NCBI GenBank assembly: GCA_964035545.1 | Contig: OZ037766.1 | Coordinates: forward strand, 19,580,767 to 19,644,766 | Source: Bugula neritina | Lineage: Eukaryota > Animalia > Bryozoa | Length of the DNA stretch: 64,000 nucleotides | Reading direction: 5' to 3' | Shown here: piece after piece, positions 47,577-64,000 of the stretch | Position numbering within the stretch: the stretch's first letter is position 1 | Layout of the letters: each line of letters begins with the position of its first letter | The notes under the pieces: generated by a model | Database searches by the model: none | Seen by the model: the letters and a program-made list of their open reading frames with translations, nothing else | What the model was told of the DNA's origin: nothing | Program-made: the position numbers and the translations under genes

Positions 47577-48473
47577 ATTATATGTTAAAATGTTGCAATT
47601 GACTCAATATGTTATTATATAAGATTGAACTCTTGCTGCTTAAATCTCTTTTGTGTAAGTTTAGCATTCTTATATAGCTTAATGTTATATCCTAAATTAT
47701 TTTTATATTTCAGTTTCATATTCTATATGATATTATTGAAAGTGAGAAATTGAATACTATTTATTTTATGATATTTATTTTGAACACAATATTTTTTGTT
47801 CCACTCAGAATAATAAAAACTTGCCTGTCTCCTTTAATACTGTAATGAAACAAAAGGGAAATTATTTCTGTAAACTAAGCCTGCAGGAATTTTAGTGCAA
47901 TTAGGACCCATGCATCTATTCTTTTATTTAAAATAACTGACCTCTGTCTGGGCAATCTCTAATAACTTAACATTGGAGCAGTTGCCAACACTCCTACTGT
48001 ATAAAATCATAGCAATTATATTTAAAATTATCCTTAAAACAACTCTGAACTAATTTTTTCAAAAAAAAGTACTCGGCTTTGTGCTGATGAAGGGAGGAAC
48101 CCATATTATACCATGTGGGATTTGATATTATTTGATAAACAAAAACCTGGTACACACTTACACATACACAATTAATTTTATTTGAAAGTGGTAATTGTGG
48201 AAAAACTAATTAAAGCAGCGTATAGCATTTACTAAAGACCCAACAAAAGTCCTTTGAATTGAACTTAGGCTACAATAAATATTAGCAGATAGCATTTGTT
48301 ACTTTTGATAAATATTAGAAGCTAAATTTAGCAAGTTCTTCTTTAGTGAATATATATTTTTTATCAATTGTTGTAACAAAACAAACCTGCATATGTACCT
48401 TTATGTTATATAATAGCTCTATGTCATGGCTTTACTCATGTCATTACTTACTCACACAAGTTTATAGTCACCA

Positions 48474-48655
48474 TCCCTGTTAGAAAACCCTGAAAGAAAG
48501 GGTTTTTGTTGAATGAGGCTAAGGACTAATTCAGATGAGGCACAGAAGCAATTATGACTAGATGCTTTTTCTAACATCACCAAAGGGGTTCAAACCCATG
48601 TATGACTCTTGTTTACTAAGCAAATGCTCCAACCCCTTGACCAAGGCTGCCCCCC
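48474..48655 (-). mobile_element. SINE copy
   Basis: Same core as the 44306 and 41114 copies; on the minus strand the head reads GGCAGCCTTGGTCAAGGGGTTGGAGCA (A-box-like) and GGGTTTGAACCCC (B-box-like). Confidence 0.6.
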
Positions 48656-51600
48656 TAATTACTAACAATCTTTATTATTCATTGTATAGACTAGGATAAA
48701 TTGGGCAATTTGATAGGATAAAATTGTGATTTATGTGCCTATTAATAGCTACTCATCTGAGAACTAATACAATACAATAATAATATCAATACAAGCCCTT
48801 CAAGATTGACATATTGCTGTCTGCACAAGAATAGAAGGTATTGATAGAGATATCAATATCACTAGGCAATTGTATTGGTGTTTGCTGAGCAACACACAAC
48901 CATAGAATCTTTACACAATCACAGTGAGCACTGACTTACACGCAAGTAAGTTTTATAAAATTATCTGTTCTTTTTAAGCTATAATTCAGATAAAGTCCTG
49001 TTTAAGTTCGAATAAATAAAACCACTGTAAGACAATGCACAAAATTTATAATTATTATATGGGTTATTTGAATTTTGAATTTTTTGCTCTCATTCGTTTG
49101 TTTTTCAAATTACTAGTGCAATAATCTCTAGTCTAAATGCTACACCAGTTGCCTATTATAGGTATCAGTTTGTTGTTTCTATTTCTTTTGCAACCTTCAA
49201 AATAACGAAGTTTTCCCATTTTCCCCTTGTGCCTCGGTATACTGGGGTTCAGTGGACCACTGAGTGAGACACAACAAATAAATTGAAACTTTGCTGATTT
49301 GGTTGCATCTGATCTTTATTTATTTAATATACACAAGTAGATAAAATACTCTTTCAGATCTACAGCAAAAATCATGTTTTAGCTGTACAGTTTGTGCCAC
49401 CACAAAAATAGTGGGGGGGAGGGAATCAAATGCACATCACTCATTTATGCGGTGCCATTATCATTACTGTTTAGAACTAAAAATGTTTTTTCTATTTCCA
49501 CTTCACAGGAACTTTCATCAGAAAAAAACTTAAGTAACATGTGCTACAAAATTCCGGGTGGACTTTTTTCTATGAACTGTAGTTAAGGTGGGTGAAGTTT
49601 GTGGCTGGAGTGCAGAAAGAGAGGGGAGGAAATGGGCAAATCAAAATTTATTTTAGTCAAATACATGTATATTCCCCCAATGATATAATGTATAATGAAT
49701 ATCATGGCTATCTATTATTAGCAGCAGCAGAGTGTTTTGTATGGTGTATAAAATGGCAAAGCTATATAACCTCACCAGATGTATATATTATTAGGGCAGT
49801 TTAACCTTGTAGTTTGGTAGTCTTACCATAATTTCTTCGATATTTTACGAAAAGAAGGTTAGAAATGGCTATATCTATAGATATTTTTAACATTTCAACT
49901 AATTTTTTGGGAAAACAAACTAATAACAGGGTGCAATGGTCAAGTGGCCCGTTGTGCCCCGTGTGGTCAAGTTGAAAATAAATGTGATTCAAAGAAAATT
50001 GATTTTAGAGTTTGCTATTATACAAGTTAAGCAATGTAGAGACAAGCAATGGCAACAATATCAATAAAAACTAGGCTTGTTACCTTTGAGTGTAAAAAGT
50101 TATAAAGCTTTAATGACATCTCAAAAAATTTACAAAATGTAGGTAAAAACAGTTTTTGACTGGCCTCTTCAACATGTATGCTCCGCAAGTGTTGAAACTA
50201 CAACGGCTGAATAATTATGTCATTACCTTTTTATTAAAAAAATTCACAACTCTAAGTCAATAAGTTCTCTCACAATTTGACCGGCTTTTTTACCCTTATG
50301 ACCATTGTGCCCCCCTCCCCCCTTCCCCCCTGTGTCTATTTTTCCTAGTATTTGTAACACAATTTCTGAAACTAAAGTAGTAATATTGTAAAAATAGCTG
50401 AAGTAAAATTATTACTGCAATATAGTGTTATTTGATTATCAAAAATAAAGAGTATGCTATGGTGTTCACTACTCAAGGTGGATAATATCATGTAAATAAA
50501 TTCCAACCAGTTTTAAGTCATAACACTTTTGGCACTAGCAATATGACAATGGAGATCAGAATCTGTAGCATCTTGTACGCCATTGCTAATTGACAGCTAG
50601 TTAGCTAGTTATTTTTATTACTTAAATTTTTCTTATTACTTGATAGCTTGAATGAACCTTGTAAGTTGTTTTATTTCATAGTTACAAAGTGAAATATGCT
50701 TTTCATGATAATAGAACTTTAACAGTTTGCATTAATTTGTTTAACTTTATACTTCTGCTTTTATTTACGTTTTAATATTCTAATTTTGTTGTCAGAAAGT
50801 CGTCTAGCTGCTAGAGCACTGGCCTAGTAATCACTAAGCCATAAGTCTAAACCCCCTAATTGATAGTGTCACTGATAATAGCCATTGCACCTGTTCTACA
50901 AGACCTCAAATCATGCTGCCAGCTTGATGGGAGACACAGCCATTCAAAATCTCTTGCCATCAGAGGTTCTCACCGTCAAAAATATTTGAGAAGTTTGAAT
51001 TAGTTAAATTTGGAAGCTTATGTTTATTTCAACTCAAAATCCTTAATGGTGAGAGTTTATTTTAAGTGAGGTAAGGAATGTGCTTTCCCCCATGATGGCA
51101 ACATGGCTTGTAAAGCTTTGCTGTGACACAGAAGCAATTGCTCTGCCGGACATCCCCAATAACCCAGTCAAGATTCAAATTCATGAACTAGCATGCTAGA
51201 TTGTAGCCACTAGGCCAAGACTGTTCTTTAGCATATATATTTAACAATTGATTTATTCCAGATCAATAAATGGCTGCCATTGTTGATCCTTATTATATGA
51301 TAAATTTTGTAGAAAAAAATCCTTTTATAGACAAAAAGAGTGAAAAAACTTGTTAATAAAACAGCTGCGTTTATTTTAATTTTGAGTGCTTTTAAATTAA
51401 TGGTAATAAAGTTACTATAATTACATTATATATAGTAATGGTAGTGTTTTTGTTAATAATATCCACAAAATGTATTATATATACAAGCATTATTGGATTC
51501 AAAATTATATCCCAGTATCACTACAACAATTTTCTTTCAACTCCCACTCTACCAAGTCCTAAAAAGCTATTCTATTAGACAATTTTAGGTTAAATATGTA

Positions 51601-52001
51601 GATATTAACCCCACCTTTAGTCTTTCAAAGCATTTAATACATATATTAGGTATTATAAAGAAAGTAAATTCAATTAAAACTCTTCACATTACAATAACAA
51701 AGCTTCTGGTTATGCATGCTTAACAGTAAAAAGAAATGTGTTAAGTCAAGTCTCTTTTGTTTTAAACCACAAACAGTTAAATTGTTTTTTGAGACCATTT
51801 ACTATGAATGCAGTGAAAAGCACATTCTCAATATGGCATGTTATGATAGTGTTTAGTTTTCAGTAAATTCCATACAGCTAATGAAGTGTTTGCACTAACT
51901 CAGGTGTTTAATCAACTGTAGCAAGTTTGGTAAACAAATGAAGCAGCTACCTGTTCCCTAGCAAACTTCCAGATAGACCAGAAGGTATCACATGTGACAC
52001 C

Positions 52002-57957
<5,956 letters not shown>

Positions 57958-59522
57958 AATTTTTGGAATTGTTTGTTACCATATAGTCATGATTATGCAG
58001 TATAATACAGCTATTATTTATATTTTATCTTGTTTATATAATATTACCTACTATGTGTTATGTTCAAAGATATAAACAAATTTTATGTACAATTTGATGC
58101 TTTTTCCCATAATCTATACAATAATAGAATTTTAATACAACTAATACTCACAACTTTGTAGCATGCCTTTTACAGTTAGTTATTAATTTTAATTAACGTC
58201 CAACTTATATTACTTACTAATTACTCTCTCCAGTACAAAGTACAACATGCGTATAATAATGCAATTTTGCACATAAATAATCTTTAAGATTTAGCTAAAA
58301 ACTATGTTGAGAATGCATTAAAATGAAATCACAACCTACGCTACAACTAGCAATATAGAAATACATCCATCATTACAGGCAAATACATGGTGGCAGCTAA
58401 CATCCTGACTATAAATGCATAGTTTTTCTGCGGGTATATTAATATCTATGTAATGTTTTGAGCATAGCATGGAGAATTTAGTTATGACCATATAATTTTA
58501 TTCCGAGTGATGGAAATTATAATATTATGAAATGAAATTGGAGAAACTTTAAGGTTGCAATTAGAAAAAGTATGAGGATTAATAGAAAAAAACATGCACC
58601 TAGCGAGATTTATGCAATTATTTGAGTATATTCATATAATCAACAACTAATTACATTATATTATGCTGGGTATACATTTGATACTTTTATGAAACAATTT
58701 TGACATTTTTTAAGATATGTCAAATGTTGTAATATCTATATTGCATTATGGAGCCTATTTCTCAAAATCAGGTACTGCAAAATAAAATTGCCAAAAAATA
58801 TAGCATAATGTAATTATTCTTTGTTTATGATAAGGATATACCCAAATATAAGTTGCTGCTGCATAAATCTCTCTAGGACCTAGGTGTATCTTCAAGACTT
58901 TTTGACCTCTGCTATGGCGTTTCAATAGCTAGAACGTTTCTTTGTGTTTTTAAATAACATGAATTAGAAAATATTGTTATATTTGATGCCATACATTTAC
59001 CATAATTACACTTTATAATTTCATATGTAATCATAGTGCCTTGTAAGGCGTTTAGTTGCGAAAGAAAAGACAACTCTTTCTTTTTAAGAAAATTAACCCA
59101 TAGCCCGGAACGCATGCCTGTACGCATAACCAATAACATCCAGTATAAGTAAGCGTTAAGGTTAGCGGCGGTACACATCGCTATAGAAACAGCATAGCGG
59201 ATACATGTCGGCCTCCATGCTTGCGTTCTTACAGTAACAATTATCCGAATTCATATTCACAGTACTAAAGTTCTTTTAAAAATTCTGTAAGTGGACTAAC
59301 TGTTAGTAGCAATGCTTTTAGTTTGTTTCATTGATTTTCAATTAAAATACGGATGTGTATTCTTACTTTTACTAAGTCTTGCCCTTGATTAAACTTAAAA
59401 ACTGCAGTTTGAGTTAATGTTTCTATTAGTATTACTATTACTGTTGATAATTATAGTAGTTAGACTTTGAGTTAGTATCACTATCAGTATTAACTAGACA
59501 CTGGTGTTGGTAGTCCTACGTT

Positions 59523-60184
<662 letters not shown>

Positions 60185-61690
60185 TTTGTTGATGTTGTTG
60201 TAAGCCACTGTTGCTAGTTGGTTGCATCTGCCTATGTCGTTTTGTGTCAGGAGGATTGAGCCTAGATATTTACATTTCTCTCACTGCTTTTCTTCTCTGT
60301 TGAGAATATATTTTTCTGTCTTTGCTAGGTTGATATGTAGATCTCTCTGTGAGAGAATAGATGGAATGTTTGCTTTGATAATTTCTATGGCGTGGCTGTA
60401 GTTGCCACCCACCCAGCAAATATCATCTGCCTATTGTAGGTCAGTCAACACCCCAGAGTCATGGTGGGTTGTATAGTCATGGTCTCTTAGTGCAGTTGGT
60501 AGTCCTGGCTCAGATGTGAGTGAGGAATAGTTGCGATCTCCTAGAGCTGCTGGTTGGCTTGATATTTTCACCGAGCAGAGAGCTATTGCAAGATATAGTG
60601 TGAAGAGAGAAGAGCTAAGGCAGTCACCACGAGGTTTACTTACATTTATTACAAAAGATTTGCCTCTCTTTCCAGCCACATCTACAATCAGTCTGACATC
60701 TTCTATTGAAACTTTTATCATGTAGTTCTCTGGGTTCCAGTATACTACGTAGGTCTTCTAGCCGTATCTTTCTGTTTACAATATCAAAGGCTCCAGGCAT
60801 ATCCATCATTAGTATGTGTGTTTCAATGTTTGAAGATCTTACCGTTTTTTCTGCCATAATCTTTAGGGCTAAGAGCTGCTCTTTTGTACCCCGGTCGGCC
60901 CTGTAGGCCACTTGCGTCACTGGTAACTCACTGTTAATCTTCTCTCTTATTCTCCATAGCATGCAAGTTGCTAGTCTTTTGAAAAGCATTGACAGTAGGA
61001 TGATGGGATGTAGATGAATTGCTGGTCCTTGACCTTTTTTCCGGCTTTTACAGTGGTGGTAAAATGCCATCCTTTAATTCTGTTGAGCTTTCTCATGTAG
61101 TTGATATGGTATTGAATATTTCTGCTATACTCTCAAATGCTATATCTGGCTCATACTTCAGCTGTTCTGCTTTCAAAATATCACCTGTTGCACTTTTGTT
61201 CTTCTTCAATGCTTTCACTGCTTTGCTGATTTCATCTTTGGTGAAGGGTGGTGTCATCTGGTGTGGTGGTATAGTAGGCAGAGTTTCAATATCTTCTTTG
61301 ATAAACACTTTTCTGAAATGGTATGTGGTAATTTATGCCTGTGCAGCCGGCTCTGCAGTAAAATCCCCATTGGCTGTCTGTACCTGTAGTGGTTTGCGTT
61401 TCCGGTTGGATTGAATAGCCTTAGCGGCTTTATACATTCTGCCTGAGTCGTTTTTTAAATTTTCTATTGTTTTAAAGTAATCCAGTAGTACCAGCTGTTA
61501 TTTGTCTTTCAGCAGTGCATGAATCTCATTCAGCTTCTTATTCCTTGCTTTCCTGATCTTATCTCTTTGATTCGGCTCAGTTCTGTTGAGAGTGGCTCCT
61601 AGTTCTTCCTGTTCTCTCTACATCTTGACAATCGTGCTGTTATTGGGTTTCTGTGTCCTATGACTTCTATGACTTTCTTTTGGGTCTAAT
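60185..61690 (-). mobile_element. Decayed LINE reverse-transcriptase fragment
   Basis: PPFTKDEISKAVKALKKNKS, QVAYRADRGTKEQL, LMMDMPGAFDIVNR, PRGDCLSSSLFTLYL, Q*ADDI (the YADD tyrosine codon is now TAG, ~60431) and KCKYLGS; frameshifted. Confidence 0.85.
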
Positions 61691-62274
61691 ATAAAATGAT
61701 AGTCTTATAACGAATAACTATAATGCTTTCAAATACAATATGGATACATTTGCAGTTGTGTGTGTACGTGCGTGTGTGTGTGTGCGTGTGCGCGTCTGCA
61801 TCTACATCTACACATATATATTCAAGGATTCATGTTGTTGTTTTTCTGGATACTTGTCAAGAATTAGTTTTTTCTTATTCCTTCCTATAAATTTTCTTTT
61901 TGTTTCAACTTCATGTGTACTGCAGTACATACTGTAGACACCTGAAAAATTTGTCGCTAACTCATTATTAGTAAAGCAGTTTGTTTTCTTTATTTTTAAC
62001 CTAGGTCCTAAGTTGTTGTTAAAAGCTTTCCCATAAATGGTTTTAGAGAAATATTTGATGAAAAGCAATGAGTGGTAGAAGTTTTTAGACATAAAACCTG
62101 ACATTTTTAGGTGCTTTAGGAGTAACACATTTTCTTTGAGGCTTTAGTTTTATATGGGTGTTATAGGCTATTAAATTATCTAAAATTTATTAATGATTTA
62201 TTCAACTTTTTTGAAATGGAATGGAGCATGTAGAATACTTTCGAAGAATTATTGATATTTTTTTAGATTAGCTT

Positions 62275-63848
62275 ATGATGTCTGAACAAACTGGTATGGT
62301 AAGAGACTCATTAGAGGAAGAAGGTGAAGGAGTAGTTAATGGTGTAATCAAAGTTAACCATTCCCTATTGTCTCAACTTACGACCAGCTCACCTTTGGAT
62401 GTCTACAAGCCTACCAACACATATAGGTATATAACTGCTGAATTTTCTTCTGTTCTACCTTTTTGTGTTTGTAGTATGTGCTGCTTGATTTTTAAAATCT
62501 AAATACACCTTATTTGGTCTTTGCAATAATTAAAATTCCACCTTCCTTAGTAATTGTTTATACTTTATATCATAGTAGAAGACTTTGAAGCTAAAATAAT
62601 GCAAAACTGTTCTTTCCCAAATTATTGCAACAAATATGATATTATTATGATGTTGTGATGGTTACAGAGACTAGCTATTATTTTCACTATTGAAATTGAA
62701 AACTATCAGCAATGGTGCATTTAGTTTTTCTGTAAATTGCAGTAAGCTAACTTTATACGACAGATCATTTATTGGCTGTTTGTGAACATGTATGCCATTA
62801 GCATGTACTATGATTTTGATGAAATTTCTTATAATGATTTTAATATAAGTCTTAAATATAAATTGATTAATGATTTAGTAAAGTAGACAATGTTTTATCT
62901 AGCTGTGTAAATTACTGCCCATTTCTGCAGAAATTATTGTATAATGCAGAAATAACCAACATCTATAGCAGTGACTTCTCTAATAAAACACTTTTTAAGC
63001 ATAACCATAATATTTCCGTTTCTATTGGCATTTCATACTTAGATCAATAGTTAATGATTTGAAAAAGCTCTGTTCCGTGATTATTTATTGAAACATAGTG
63101 AAATTATATTGCATCAATAGCAATTATATTGGGTAAAAGTTCATATTTATCATATTTAGCAGGCCTACCTATAGCTATTGGGTGTGTAGCACTGGCCACA
63201 GAAGAAAGCTACTTTTAATACACCCAACTCATTATTAACTAAACTTATCATTCACCCATCAACATCCTTTAAAGTAAACTTTGTGAACTTCGTTATTACT
63301 ATTTAGTGAAATTAGATGTATATGTGTGTATTATTTTCTTAACCAGTAACTCAAGCTCTAAACTATAAAGTAATCTTTAGTCACCATTAATGAAAAGTAC
63401 CCAAAATGTTTATGTAGGACACGACTGTGTATGTGAATAGTTGTTGTCTGTTTGACACCCATTGTTTCTGCTAACTTCCTGCCCCAGCCAATGACCTCTG
63501 TGAAAACTACAAGATTTGACTACCATTGCTATAATTATTAGATAATGTACTTTACACGGGACTCTTTTGTAGAGCCAATAATGGTTATACTGATGAGTTG
63601 AGAAGAGATCACGGTGACTATCAGTATGTCAGCTCAGATGTGGAGGATGACCTACCTCCATCAGACTTTCTGCATGATTCTCTCTCTTTCAGTACAGCAG
63701 CTAACGATACACATCTCTCAGGTAATGGAGAGACAGACTCACTCTCGGCTGTTGGGAGGTACGCTTCTTCTGGCCCTTTGCAGTCACATAGTCCGAATAT
63801 GGTCAAATCAAAGCAGCCACCAGATCCCAAGATGCTGTCAGTTGAAAA
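62275..63848 (+). CDS. First two coding exons of an unidentified gene (continues beyond window)
   Basis: Acceptor TTTTAG at 62266, ATG 62275, donor after 62426 (phase 2); acceptor at 63572; exon 63573-63848 continues in frame (YQYVSSDVEDDLPPSDF...) and ends at AA|GTAAGC. Ser/acidic low-complexity sequence with no recognisable domain. Confidence 0.6.
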
Positions 63849-64000
63849 GTAAGCTCATTGATGGCTTTTATTAAGCTAAAAACAGTTACATTTTTGGAAT
63901 TTTGGTTATAATGAGCTAGCATTTATTTAGATAGTATTTCAAATAGATTACAAAATTTCAGGAAATTACTAATTATTGTGCATTGTGACTTTTTAGTCTA

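Noticed and set aside
59090-59165. TTAACCC...GGTTA as piggyBac ends
   Set aside because: Too short and imperfect; no extended TIR or matching TTAA.

Overview
AT-rich, intron-containing animal (invertebrate-like) genomic DNA; not prokaryotic, no CRISPR or rRNA. I assembled four complete spliced genes by hand from GT-AG boundaries and reading phase: RTCA (minus, 764-4648), a CDKL2-like kinase (minus, 26767-34573) with an antisense tRNA-Lys(UUU) gene in one intron, a ~794-aa class-B/Methuselah-like GPCR with a cysteine-rich ectodomain (plus, 41747-47576) and a CFAP97-domain ciliary gene (plus, 52002-57957). An unidentified gene starts at 62275 and runs off the window. Positions ~5.4-25 kb are a transposon graveyard: RTE and CR1-like LINE remnants, two decayed related Gypsy elements, and one intact recent Gypsy (Mag-like) element (14793-19480; 261-bp LTRs differing at 3 positions; GTCTC target-site duplication). 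Less obvious items missed by the ORF track are a truncated but in-frame histone H2A gene that keeps its TATA/CCAAT promoter (19562-19843), three related degenerate type-I hammerhead-ribozyme-like motifs (~24.99, 33.54 and 48.08 kb; probably Penelope-like remnants), two MITEs with clear terminal inverted repeats, a multi-copy tRNA-like SINE, and very long microsatellites. I see no firm evidence for a wholly new system. The hammerhead-like family, the H2A orphon and the GPCR ectodomain are the best leads. All family assignments come from remembered motifs, not database searches.
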